From Octopus sinensis (Eukaryota), in NCBI RefSeq assembly GCF_006345805.1, contig NC_042997.1:201004001-201068000 (forward strand): a stretch of 64,000 nucleotides of DNA. The letters run 5' to 3'. The notes below the pieces were generated by a model that did no database searches, was not told the DNA's origin, and was given only the letters and a program-made list of their open reading frames with translations. A program made the translations under genes and the position numbers. Below, piece by piece: positions 37,521 through 50,408 of the stretch (position 1 is its first letter; every line of letters begins with the position of its first letter).

Positions 37521-37905
37521 TCTCTCTATATATAAACGGCAGTTTGTCTGTGTGTGTTTCTGTGTGTCTGTTTGGTTGTACCCTCACCCTGACCACGGCT
37601 TTCAACCGATTCTGATGAAACTTGACGCACACATAGCCCAATGTCATAATTCAAAACTAACGCAGCGAAAATTTTGAAAAGTTCCCCCAGTTCTGAAAAA
37701 AATCGATAAATTCGACATGGGGTCGAGAATCAGAAACACAAACCACAGACTGTCTAGGGGACGCAACTCCACCTTTTTTAACTCTCAAAAAAAATTTACC
37801 ATAGTTTTTTTTCCATTTTTTTGCTATTTTTTGGCTATAACTCTCTAAAAATGCTTTATAGTTATTTCCCTTACAAACCTGAGCAACGCCGGGCGATACT
37901 GCTAG
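37521..37905 (+). mobile_element. Non-autonomous Helitron (385 bp)
   Basis: Inserted between A (37520) and T (37906); 5' TCTCTCTATATATAAA; 3' cctgagcaacgccggg hairpin, 8 nt, then CTAG; no TSD; internal (GTCT)-like repeat. Confidence 0.88.
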
Positions 37906-38202
37906 TAAATTATAAAATTGAATATATTTTTTTTTACCAAGAGAACACAAGCATTGCCCGATACAGTTAAGTATGTAAATAACTTTTGTTATCAACGTAC
38001 ATACATACATACATTTTTTTTTTTTTTAAATATATATACACATTTTTGTCCCTTTCTTCTTAATAACATTATTCTATTGCATTTAAAACATTGTTATATG
38101 GTTCATATAATATATATAATATATAAAATATGATATATAAATATATATATTATATATATATATATAATGATATATATATAATATATATATACATAACATA
38201 CA

Positions 38203-38261
<59 letters not shown>

Positions 38262-38469
38262 TTATATACATAAATATATATTTATATAAACATGCATATA
38301 TATACATGTATATATATATTTATATGTATATATCTATATGTCTATATATATGTGTGTGTGTATACCTTTGTGCATGTATATGTGTTTCTTGTTGTTTGTG
38401 ATGTTTCTCCTTTATTCTTGAAAGTTTGCTCTTATAAGATTTAAAACATTACATTATACTGAGTTTCAT

Positions 38470-38890
38470 ACATATATATATATATATATATTATATATAT
38501 ACATAAATACATATATATACACACACACACATATATATATATACATACATACATATATATATACACACACACCACATATATATATACACACACACACATA
38601 TATATATACATAATACATATATATACACACACACACAATATATATATACATAAATACATATATATATACACACACCACACATATATATATATATACATAA
38701 ATACATATATATCACACACACACATATATATATACATAAATACATATATATACACACACACACATATATATATACATAAATACATATATATACACACACA
38801 CACATATATATATACATAAATACATATATATACACACACACACATATATATATACATAAATACATATATATACACACACACACATATATA
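38470..38890. repeat. Minisatellite built from TA/CA microsatellite (40-bp unit)
   Basis: cacatatatatatacataaatacatatatatacacacaca occurs exactly four times at 38721-38880, with degenerate copies upstream. Confidence 0.9.
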
Positions 38891-39249
38891 CACATATCCA
38901 CGTATCCCTCATACATTCATATATGTGTGTCTTTATTTGTGATGTTTATTCCTTTCTTATATTTTTAACATAATTTCTTCTTATGAGATTTAAAACATTA
39001 AATTATAAAGGTTTTCTCTCAATTCTGTTTTTTTTCTCTCAATTCTGTTTTTTTTTCTCTCAATTCTGTTTTTTTTTCTCTAACAAAATTGCTGTTTTCT
39101 CTTCCTAATTTTTTCTCTTTCATACATATTCATTTCTACCAGCTGTTGTGTTATTTTTTCTCGATTTCTTTAATTGAATTCTCAATCATAAAATTATAAT
39201 CAACTTAATCTAAGTTTCCTTCATATAATTTCTGCTGCGTGCAAGTGTG

Positions 39250-39308
39250 TATATCCCTGTATCTATCCAACTACCCACCTATCTTTCTATCTATCTATCT
39301 TTCTATCC

Positions 39309-39365
<57 letters not shown>

Positions 39366-39394
39366 CCTACCTATCTATCTACCTATCTATCTAC

Positions 39395-39448
<54 letters not shown>

Positions 39449-39527
39449 GTCTGTCTGTCTGTCTGTTTCTCTATCTGTCTCTATCTATCTGTCTGTCTGT
39501 CTGTTTCTCTATCTGTCTCTCTGTCCG

Positions 39528-39610
<83 letters not shown>

Positions 39611-40025
39611 GTCTGTCTGTCTGTCTGTCTGTTTCTCTATCTGTCTCTCTGTCTATCTATCTATCTATCTATCTATCATCATCATCATCATCATCGTTTA
39701 ACGTCCGCTTTCCATGTTGGCATGGGTTGGACGGTTTGATTGAGGGCTGGCAAGCCAGATGGCTGCACCAGACTCCAATCCGATCTGGCAATGCTTCTAC
39801 AGCTTGATACTCTTCCTAACGCAATCATTCCGATAGTGTAGTGGGTGCTTTCTACATGCCACTGGCACAGGAGCCAGTCAGGCAGGCCTGGCATTGGTCA
39901 TGTTTGGATAGTGCTTTTGGTGTGCCAACAGCATGGGGAGCAGTCAGGGGGTACTGGTATCGGCTACTTTCGGATGGTGCTTTTTACATGCTACCAGCAT
40001 GGTAGCCAGTCAGGTGGACCTGGTA
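39250..40025 (-). mobile_element. (TATC)n/(TGTC)n tract followed by an RTE 3'UTR copy (39675-40025)
   Basis: catcatcatcgtttaacgtccgctttccatgttggcatgggttggacgg... Confidence 0.88.
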
Positions 40026-40152
40026 TCTATCTATCTATCCAGCTATCTAGCTACCCACACATACACATCTGTGTGTGTGTGTGCATAAATATACATAGAC
40101 AAATGCACCCACACATGAAGATTTTTATCTGATCTCTTGCTTTTCATATATG

Positions 40153-40202
<50 letters not shown>

Positions 40203-40204
<2 letters not shown>

Positions 40205-40371
40205 TGCAGTGGCTGTGTGGTGAGTAGCTTTCTTACCAACCAAATCGTTCAGGGTTCAGTCCTACTGTGTGGCACCTTGGGCAAGTGTCTTCTACTATAG
40301 CCTCAGGCCGACCAAAGCCCTGTGAGTGGATTTGGTAGATGGAAACTGAAAGAAGCCTGTTGTATATATAC

Positions 40372-40405
<34 letters not shown>

Positions 40406-40612
40406 GTTTGTGTGTCTGTGTTTGTCCCCTAACATCGCTTGACAACCGAAGCTGGTGTGTTTACATCCCTGTAACTTAGCGGTTTGGTGAAAGAGACTGA
40501 TAGAATAAGTACTAGGCTTACAAAGAATAAGTCCTGGGGTCAATTTGTTTGACTAAAGGCGGTGCTCCAGCAGGGCCACAGTCAAATGACTGAAACAAGT
40601 AAAATAATAAAT
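40203..40612 (+). mobile_element. SINE family A, full length
   Basis: Head gtggctgtgtggtgagtagc...gggttcagtcctactg, body and tail. Confidence 0.92.
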
Positions 40613-42376
40613 GAATATATACACACACACACATATACATATATATAAATATACATATATACATAAATATACATATATACATAATTGTGTGTGTGTGTAT
40701 ATATACTTATTTATTTATGTTGAGAAGAAATAGATTTTATATTTAGAAGTGATGTAATGATCTTGTAAATTTTATTCTCTTGGTTTTTGCTAATACATTT
40801 TGTATAGCATCCTCACTTGTATCTCTCTATACGGAATAACAATTTTTTCGCAAATACACAAATGTGCATTACTAAAGTTTCCATTCCTATGTTCTTTCGG
40901 GCTGGAGTTTTGTTGTAAGGAAACTATTTAATCAATGTCTGCGTTGTTTGGCTATTAATATAAGAAAATATATATTATCAGCTACTAAAATGACCAGCCA
41001 TGCAGAAGGCAAAAATACTATTGAAAAATTCAACGATAAAAATGAAATTGACTGAAAAACCCGTCATTCCGCCTCCACCACCACCACACCACCACCACCA
41101 CCACCATCACCACCACCATCACCACCACCACCACCACCACCACCACCACCACCACCACTACCATCACCACCATCATTATCATCATCATTAGCAGCAGTTA
41201 TAGCCTGTTGTATTTTTTCAATAGTTTCCTGTGTGTTTTTCTCTTTTTTGCTTTGTGTCTAATTCAGTTATATTCCAGTCCAATACTATAAAACCATATG
41301 CTTATGGCTGGTGCTGTAAACGTGTTAATGGCATTTATAATGTCATTGCTATTGAAATGTGTTTTTATATCTGTTATTCTCCTAGTTAGAAGCCATCTCG
41401 GTACTTGTTCCAAGTGATTTAAGACAGTTTTTAAAAGCTGATGAAATCTGGTTTTGGAGTTTGTATTTTTTTAAACAACACCCAACCTTTTCTCTTCTTT
41501 TATACTGTTTTTTTTCTTTTTTTTTGCTGAAACAAGTTTTAGATCATAAAGAGAAACAGTTTTGGAAGATGATAGTTTAAAGTTTACAATTTGTATTGTT
41601 GTCACCAACTTTACTAAACAATTTCTATTTTTTAAATATTTTATCAAATTTATTTTTCAAAAATAATTTTTTAAATGATATTATTTTTTTGTCCTTATTA
41701 TTTCACTATATTTTCTATAGAATATTTGGAAGTTATTTTCAGACACGTGGTTCTGAGTATGTCCAATAATTCTCTGTTTATCACCTTCTTAAATCTATTC
41801 TATCATTACAGAGCTGCATAAAAGAACACCCAAGCTGGTGCCACATAAAATGCACCCAGTACACTCTGTACAGGGGGTTGGCATTAGAAAGGACATCCAG
41901 CTGTAGTAGCTATGCCAAAGCAGATGACTGAAGCTTGGTGTTGCTCTCTGGCTTGTCAGCTTCTCTCAACCCAACCAACCCATACCAGCATAGAAAATAG
42001 ATGTTAAATGATGGTGATGCTGATGAGGATCAGTGGTTACACTAAGTTCAAATCTCGTTAAGGTGAACTATAGCTTTCTTCCTTCCGGGATTTTTTAAGA
42101 GAGTACTGCTTTGGTGTCAATAAGACGAAGTACCAGTTATGTACCAAGGTCAATTCATTCAAATCCACTCTTGTTATTTTTATGCCAAAATCAGAAATTG
42201 TTAGAGACGGATTGGTCCTATCATTAGAGCACAGAAAAAGATCTTTTACAGTACTGGTTCTGGGTCTTTACAATCTTAGTTCAAATCCCATTGTGATCAG
42301 CTTTGATTTTATTTCTTTAGAGCATGAATCACCAAAGTTATTTCATGGTGAGCCAGATAACTGAGAGAAAGATGAG

Positions 42377-42867
42377 CATGGGCTGCATAACCATTTTGCT
42401 GAATACAATACAGTGAATATACAAAACATAAAGACAACCAATATTATTTATTTACCCAAAAGGTTATCAAAGAAGGCAACATTAGCAATAAGATCGTTAT
42501 ATCACACCCAGTGCACACATATCTGAATCTCACAAACTAAGCAGCAAGAAAAGATTAGTGAGGTTTGTGAAACTGGTGTGTTTAGCTTTTAAGATATCAT
42601 CAATATTTGCTTTGGAATTGCTGCATCCAACCAAGAGAAATGCTTCCAAATGTTCATCAGTCAACCTCGTTCGATGTGCTGACTTCACATTCTTCACTTT
42701 TGAAAATGTTTGCTCACAGACATAAGTTGTTCCAAACATTGATGCCATACCAGAGGCAAATGAACTCTCATTGCAGGTACTTACAAAAATGTTAGTGCTG
42801 TTGCAGGCCAGATGAACTGACCTCGTGGGCTGGATCCACCCCACAAGCCATTGTTTGGTGATGCCTA
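42377..42867 (-). mobile_element. hAT (SPIN/Charlie/GTF2IRD2-like) internal-deletion derivative
   Basis: ASMFGTTYVCEQTFSKVKNVKSAHRTRLTDEHLEAFLLVGCSNSKANIDDILKAK (hATC dimerisation motif); 5' end taggcatcaccaaacaatggcttgtggggtggatccagccc is Charlie-like. Confidence 0.82.
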
Positions 42868-43180
42868 CTTTAGAGTAAATATAATAAAGTACCAATCTGC
42901 TCCTGGTGTCAGTATAACCAACTAGTTCTCTTTTCTAAATTTCTGGGCATGCTCCTATATTTCAAACAATTGTTAGAGGTGAATGGCAGAATACGGATAG
43001 AGCTGGACAAAATACCTGGGCTATTTATTTGCATAAAGTTAGATTGTGAGTCTAAATCCTTCCAATCAATAAAACAAAACAAAAAATCCAACCAATTCCT
43101 CTGTTATTATAATTGTCTGTTTCTTCCAAATCAAATATATGGTCTTGGGTCTATGTTAGAAATCAACATCATTATTATTA

Positions 43181-43408
43181 TTTTCTCTGCCTTTGTGAAG
43201 GCAGAGGTATTGTTTTCAGTCGCATTTGTTTGTTTGTCCATGAACAAGATATCTCAAGAACCGCTGGATGTATTTGGATGAAACTTTCAGGGATATTTGG
43301 CTTCATGACTGACCCAAACTGATTAGATTTTGGGATCGATCAGGTACCGACCAAGAATTTTGGATTATTTTTCCTGTTTTTTTTACTTAATTTTTGAGAG
43401 TGGTCAGG
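43181..43408 (+). mobile_element. Helentron-associated element (HINE), 3'-truncated
   Basis: 5' hairpin ctctgcctt-tgtg-aaggcagag, (TTTG)n, and body homologous to 62114-63128. Confidence 0.7.
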
Positions 43409-44226
43409 AGGCGACACAATGCAAGCACGTTATTTACATATAAGTGTATGTACATACATGTGCACGTGTATATACAAATAAAGTGAGGAAGAGATAGATA
43501 GGATCCCAATAACAACTCTCGTGGGAACCCCACGAACAACTCATGAAATCATGATGCAACACAACAAGGAAAGAATTAATGGTAAGAATGAAACCATAGC
43601 TGATCATGGTGAAGGTTTACTGCTCAGCACATCCAAAATGGCCCGCATCAGGGGCAGTGATCTGGCCTCGGACAGTCGTTATGTCATAACAGATCACATA
43701 CACGGTGTGCGCAAAAACAGACATAAGTGAATGAAGGGATTATTATTATTATTATTATTATCATTATTATTATTATTAAATTTTGGGGGAGAGGATCAGT
43801 TGATTAGATTGACTGCAATATGCAACTGGTACTTAATTTATCGACCCTGAAAGGATGAAAGGCAAAGTCGACCTCAGCAGAATTTGAACTCAGAATGTTT
43901 AAGCAGACAAAATACTGCTAAGCATTCTGCCCGGCATGCTAACAGTTCTGCCAGCTTGCCGCCTTGGGTTTTGCACCAATAATAGAAAGAATTATTCTTA
44001 TTGTTGTTGTTGTTATTCCAATGATGTTGTTTTTATTAAATGGTTTTCCTATAAAATTGAACATTGTCTTTGTGTTTTGTTTACTTGCAGGGTTTTGCTG
44101 TAACTCTCTTTGAGTGATTTAGACATGCAATATTTCTCAATTTGTAGATCAGTGGATTTATTTCACTTGATATTCTATAAGTTTTCAACAGCGATTTAGC
44201 ACTAACTGCTAGCAAAGCCAAGCTAC

Positions 44227-44269
44227 TCCAGACTAATGAAGGGCAACTATCCTGAAACTAGTCTCTGGA
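44227..44269 (+). ncRNA. Minimal type I hammerhead ribozyme fold (G5A core variant)
   Basis: tccaga-CTAATGA-A-ggg(caactat)cct-GAAAC-ta-GTC-tctgga: 6-bp perfect stem I, stem II, 2-bp stem III inside the palindrome ACTAGT, GUC cleavage triplet. Confidence 0.7.
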
Positions 44270-44639
44270 TATAGGCTTTGTTGGGTGGAGATGCTTATCT
44301 CCTCTGTTTGAAAGCTTAAGAACACAGAACACTTGTGTTGCATAGCCAACTAGAAACAGTGCTTCTTGGGGCTAAATAACAGTAGCATTTTCCCCTTTCC
44401 TGGGACAGCCATATTAAGTTGGCAACAAGCCATCATTCTATCATGCTGCTACTGCATAACTCTCTCTGAGAGATTTAGAAATGCAATATTTCTAATTTCA
44501 AATTTTTTCTGTTGTCTTCAAAGCATTCTATATAATACGTGTGTTGCGGTGCCTTTTCTGTATGTTTTATGTATGTCACTCTCCTAAAGAGCTTCATCAT
44601 GTGTTTGTATATTATTTATCTTTCCCAAGATACCCATTA

Positions 44640-44940
44640 ATTCCTCCACTTCCTCCTCTTCATCATCATTATCATGATCATCATGATCATCACCTTCTTC
44701 TTCTTTCCCTTCTTTCTCTTCTTCTTCTTCTTCTTCTCTTCTTCTTCTTCTTCTTCTTCTTCTTCTTCTTCTTCTTCTTCTTCTTCATGTTGCTATCATC
44801 ATCATCATCATCATCATTATCATCATCATCACCTTTTCTTCTTTTCCTTTCTTCTTCTTCTTCTTCTTCTTCTTCTCCTCCTCTTCCTCCTCCTCCTTCT
44901 CCTCCTCCTCCTCCTCCTCCTTCTTCTTCTTCTTCTTCTT
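44640..44940. repeat. (CAT)/(CTT)/(CCT) compound microsatellite
   Basis: Directly visible. Confidence 0.95.
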
Positions 44941-45600
44941 GCTATTAAGCTGGCAAAAGCTGGCAGAATTATCAACACATCAGACAAGATGCCTCCTAAC
45001 ATTTCACCTGAAACTTTACATTCTAAGTTCAAATCCCACAGAGCTGAAGTTTGTCTTTCCTCCTTTTAGGCCCACTAAGAAAACATACCAATCAAGTCCT
45101 GGCGGGAGGGGGTCGATACATTTGACTAACTCCCTTCCTTGAAAAAACTGCTGGGCTGATGCCAAAATTCGTAGTATTCCGTTTGCTTCAGGTTCGGTCT
45201 GAATCCTGGTAGAATTTACGTGGGTAGCAGGCTGCCACCTGTAATCTTAAATATCCACAAGCTTTCAATAACCTCTCAAGTGCTCAAAACCCCTCAAATA
45301 ATCTTTCTTGTCCCCAAGATGCAAACCTTCCATAGAAGCTCTAGAGGCCAATTTAATTCTTTTTAATTCTTTTACTTGTTTCAGTTATTTGACTGCAGCC
45401 ATGCTGGAGCACTGCCTTTAGTCAAACAAATCGACCTGCAGGACTTATTCTTTGTAAGCCCAGTACTTATTCTATTGGTCTCTTTTGTTAAACTGCTAAG
45501 TTACAAGGACATAAACACACCAACATCAGTTGTCAAGTGATGTTAGAGGGACACACACAAACACATGCATATATATGCATATATATATATATATATATAT

Positions 45601-46548
45601 GAACATCAATGGAATTTGAACATCAATGGAATTTGTATCTTGTGGTACCAGTGCCTGTGGCACACAAGAAATCCATCAGTGCCGTAGTCAGTGCGGTGGG
45701 CACATGACAAACACCATCCGATCGTGGCCGTTCGCCAGCCTCATCTAGCACCTGTGTCGGTGGCACATAAAAACACCATCCGAAGATCCGGCAAGACTAG
45801 TCAGGCCATAACCCATGGCCCCTACCTGGGACGTAGTCAGTCCACCTGTGCATACCTTCCTTCTTGTGACACTTGTGAAGACCTGTTGAGGCAAGTGAAA
45901 ATCAAATCAAATCAAATCAAAACAAATCAAAATAGATGAACATCAATGGAATTTGTATCTTTGTGGTACCAGTGCCGGTGGCACGTGGCACATAAGAAAA
46001 CCATCCGAACGTGGCCGTAGCCAGTCCCGCATCGACTGGCCTCCGTGCTGTGGGCACGTAACAAGCACCATCCAATCGTGGCCGTTTGCCAGCCTCATCT
46101 GGCACCTGTGTCGGTGGCACATAAAAACACCATCCGAGCGTGGCCGTCTGCCAGCCTCGTCTGGCACCTGTGTCGGTGGCACATAAAAACACCATCCGAG
46201 CGTGGCCGTCTGCCAGCCTCGTCTGGCACCTGTGTCGGTGGCACATAAAAACACCATCGAGCGTGGCCGTCTGCCAGCCTCGTCTGGCACCTGTGTCGGT
46301 GGGACATAAAAAACACCATCCGAGCGTGGCCGTTTGTCAGCCTCGTCTGGCACCTGTGTCGGTGGCACATAAAATCACCTACTACACTCTCGGAGTGGTT
46401 GGCGTTAGGAAGGGCATCCAGCTGTAGAAACACTGCCAGATCTGACTGGACTGGTGCAGCTTTCGGGCTCCCCAGACCCCAGTTGAACCGTCCAACCCAT
46501 GCTAGCATGGAAAGCGGACGTTAAATGATGATGATGATGATGATGATA
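45601..46548 (+). mobile_element. Dimeric RTE-3'UTR-derived element with an expanded 62-bp subrepeat array
   Basis: Same module junction as 13427-14129; six subrepeats at ~46011-46380; (GAT)n tail. Confidence 0.9.
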
Positions 46549-47414
46549 TATATATATGACAGGCTTCTTTCAGTTTCTGTCTACCAAATCCACTTACAAG
46601 GCTTTGGTCAGCCAAAAAATATAGTAGAAGACACTTGCCCAAGGTGCCATGTAGTATGACTGAACCCAGAACCACGTGGCTGGTAAGCAAGCTTCTTACC
46701 ACACAGCTATGCCTACACCTGTGCTATGCCTATTCCTATATTCCACTTTATTCCATTTCCTTCAGCTATTTGTCTATATCTTTGCTTACAGTTCTCAATG
46801 CACGAATTATTACAGGCACTACTTTTACAATTTTCATATTCCAAATTCCCATAATCTCAAATTTTAAGGGATTGTGTTTTTTTTATTTTTTGTCATTTTT
46901 TTTTTTACAATCTTGCTATGAAACAGATATAATGGATCAATTAATAGACAACTTCACTTTTCCTCGTCTATTATTGTTATATCTGGTTTACCATTTTCTA
47001 GATTCTTATCCGTCTGAATAGGAACATCCCATAAAATCTTGCATATCTCTGACTCAAGTATTCTTTTGACCCAATCATCATCATCATCATCATTATCGTT
47101 TAACACCTGCTTTCCATGCTACCATGGGATGGACGATTTGACTGAGGTCTGGAGAACCAGATGGCTGCACCAGACTCCAATCTGATCTGGCAGAGTTTCT
47201 ACATCTGGATGCCCTTCCTAATGCCAACCACTCCAGTTTCAAAGCCACGCCTTTATTTCTTATATTCTCCCTGGGCTAAGACATTCTGCAACAATGTGTA
47301 CCATTTTTTCATCCCAGATCCCTCACTACATTTTGCTGACACCTTCTCCCCATACACATATTTTCTCAAGTTTGTTCGTTTTTAATGCTTGGTCTTGAAA
47401 ATATATTTGGCCAT

Positions 47415-47546
47415 AGCTTACCAACCACATGGTTCCGGGTTCAGTCCCACTGCGTGACACCTTGGGCAAGTGTCTTCTACTATAGCTTCGGGCTGACCAA
47501 AGCCTTGTGAGTGGATTTGGTAGATGGAAACTGAAAGAAGCCCGTC

Positions 47547-47590
<44 letters not shown>

Positions 47591-47812
47591 ATGTGTGTGT
47601 ATATGTTGGTGTGTCTGTGATTCTCCCCCCAACATCGCTTGACAACCGATGCTGGTGTGTTTATTTCCCCGTAACTTAGCGGTTCGGCAAAAGAGACCGA
47701 TATAATAAGTACTAGGCTTACAAAGAATAAGTTCTGGGGTCGATTTGCTCGACTAAAGGCAGTGTTCCAGCATGGCCACAGTCAAATGACTGAAACAAGT
47801 AATAGAGAATAA
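47415..47812 (+). mobile_element. SINE family A, near full length
   Basis: ccaaccacatggttccgggttcagtcccactgcg ... cagtcaaatgactgaaacaagt. Confidence 0.92.
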
Positions 47813-49200
47813 TAGAGAATAGCTTGGAAATAGGTGAGGAATGATGACAGGAAGGACGTCTCGCTATAGAAAATCTACCTCAACAAATTTAATCTGAACC
47901 ATGCAAGTATGGATATGGAATGGAAATGGTTAAACGTTGATGATGAGGGGGATGATAATGAAGTTGATGCTGATGAATTAAAAAGTGAAGTTAATCTAGC
48001 AAGCCAAGTGGCTGTAAATGTTGCTTAAGGCTTGAACAATGAAGAGAAGGAGAAATGCTATAAGTGTTATGTGTAGAGTGAACACTGAAATGCCACGAAA
48101 TGTTAAGGGATATGGGCAAAGGGAAAGTAAGGAGAACCACTGGGAAAACAAGTGGTGTTTGGGCTTGGCTAAAACAGAGAAAATCAGTGAAACAAACCAG
48201 TTAATCACATCTGCCGCTAGTGTTGTAGCTGACATCGTAGGATTACAAGCCGAAACCTGAAGAAATGAAAACAAAGAACCAAACTAGAGGAAGAGAATAC
48301 AGATGAAGATGGAAGAGACATGGAAAGAGACTGGGGCAATTGAATAGGATAATGAGAGGAGAGATCAAGAATGTGGTAGCAATCAGAAAATTGAATGGAC
48401 AGTAAGGTTAGAACATACAAACATGGAAAAGTGGACATGAAAAGGAAACTGATGATAATTATAAATACCATTGTCGTTTTTGCTGGTTCTTACCATGGCA
48501 AGACATAGTTTTGATAAGTTCCAAAGATTTTGGATTATTACCATGTTCTTACTGAATGAGAATTATTTCTTTTCAGATTATTTCATAAAAAAATCCTTCT
48601 AGAAAACCCAAAAATGTGTTTTCCATATTGTTAGGCTCTTTAAGGTCTACATTTTATTTTGAATTTTGTTTTTTAGCGATTTATCTTTTGTGTCTCATTT
48701 GCGAACACTTATCAAAAATAACATTTACAAGGACGACAACAACAAGAAGAAGAGGGAATGTTCTCAAAAGAAATAATGAACAGACCATATTTTACGAACA
48801 AAAAAATATAGGAAAAAAAGTTTAACTGTAATAAATGCAGAAACATGTACAGCTCAGTAAACAATTATTCCATGGATATTATTAATATTTTAACAAAATG
48901 TGCACAACACTGTTAATTGTAACAATAATAACAACAAAAACATTCGTACAGCTGCCAAGCAAAAGTATAAATAAAAATATTTTTGGAAAAGTCAAATAAC
49001 ATTTATGGTGTCAGCACAACAGTAATGCTGACATAAATTTATATAAAAGAAGTAGTTTGGTAGAATTACATGACAAGAGACAATACCTCCTTGCTTGAGG
49101 TCTCTATCCCAGGAATAGTAACAAGGGCAGTCACATATCTATATAATTGAAAAGGCTTGTCAGCAGCTTAGGTGTTGGATTAAGCAAGAAAAGGCTCATA

Positions 49201-49449
49201 ATTCTGTTATCAACCAAACTATAGCCCTCAAGGCATATGATTGAGGGTTCAATTCTCAGACAGGTGTATGTTGTGTTCTTGAGCAAAACACTTTATTTCA
49301 CACTGCTCCAATCCTCTCAGCTGTAAAAAGGTCACCCTGCAACAGAATAGTCTTCCAGTCAGGAGGAATGTTGACCTGCTTAACTTGCCAGTAAGGTGGC
49401 ATCATTTGAAAGCTAAAACAATGTGAAGTGCATTGTGACCAGCGATGTA
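49201..49449 (+). mobile_element. Decayed tRNA-headed SINE flanked by a ~96-bp direct repeat
   Basis: gagggttcaattctc (B-box-like), gtgttcttgagcaaaacactttatttc and tail gtgaagtgcattgtgaccagcgatgt; flanks 49105-49200 and 49450-49545 are homologous. Confidence 0.75.
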
Positions 49450-50408
49450 TATCCCAGAAATAGTAACGTGGGCAGTCACATATCTATGTAATTGAAAAGG
49501 CTTGTCAGCAGCTTAGGAGTTGGATTAAGCTAAAAAAGGCTCATATTTTCCATTATGATTTTCACTTTGTGAATCTCTGAAAATATATTAATGTGATTCA
49601 GAATTAACAAGTAATTTTATACGAGTATCTGTGTAACAAGAGACAATACCTCCCTGCTTGAGGTCTATAGTTTAGTTGATCACATGATACCATGTTTTAC
49701 CATTGTGAATCATTGGCTGAATCATTGAAGCATCAAATTGACACCTTGGTGACATTTATTCCAATTCTCTATATCCTGTCTTGAAATGTTGATGTGGATA
49801 GTTTTGCTTTTCATCCTTTTGGAGGTCCATAAAATTATTTCTTTACTACCCACACAGAAAGGACAAACAAGGACAGACAAAGGGACTAAGCTGATTATAT
49901 CGACCCCAGTGCGTAACTGGTACTTAATTTATCGACCCCGAAAGGATGAAAGGCAAAGTCGACCTCGGTGGAATTTGAACTCAGAACATGATGGCAGATG
50001 AGATATGGCTACGCATTTCACCTGGCATGCTAACATTTCTGCCAGCTCACTGCCTAAGCATTCAAACCGATGCTCTGACGTCTGTCCATAAAATATTAAC
50101 TATTCAAGGATGTTGGGTTGGTGGAATTGATGGAGTACCAGATGAAATGCCATGTTGAATCTGTTCATGTTCTTTTTGTCTCCTGAGTTCAAATCCCACC
50201 TTCTGTATCCATAAAAAAGAACATTAGCACTTCTGTTAAGAGATATTACCAACAGATATTAACAATAAAGAGATGAATGGAAATACGGTTTACTTGCTTA
50301 TGCTGCAGCCATGCACACAAACACTCTGATATTCTATTGTAAAATTCAGCACCAGGGCACTTGACTTTATCCTTTTATATCAACCACTCTTTATATGCTC
50401 TTTATATA

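Noticed and set aside
43521-43730. 69-aa ORF in a GC-richer unique stretch
   Set aside because: No recognisable motif, weak acceptor and non-ATG start; cannot be supported.
46011-46380. Possible CRISPR array
   Set aside because: Contiguous tandem units with no unique spacers, no cas genes and a eukaryotic LINE 3'UTR context.
48676-48775. Plus-strand terminal-exon candidate (DLSFVSHLRTLIKNNIYKDDNNKKKRECSQKK*)
   Set aside because: Only an acceptor and a short open frame; no supporting homology.
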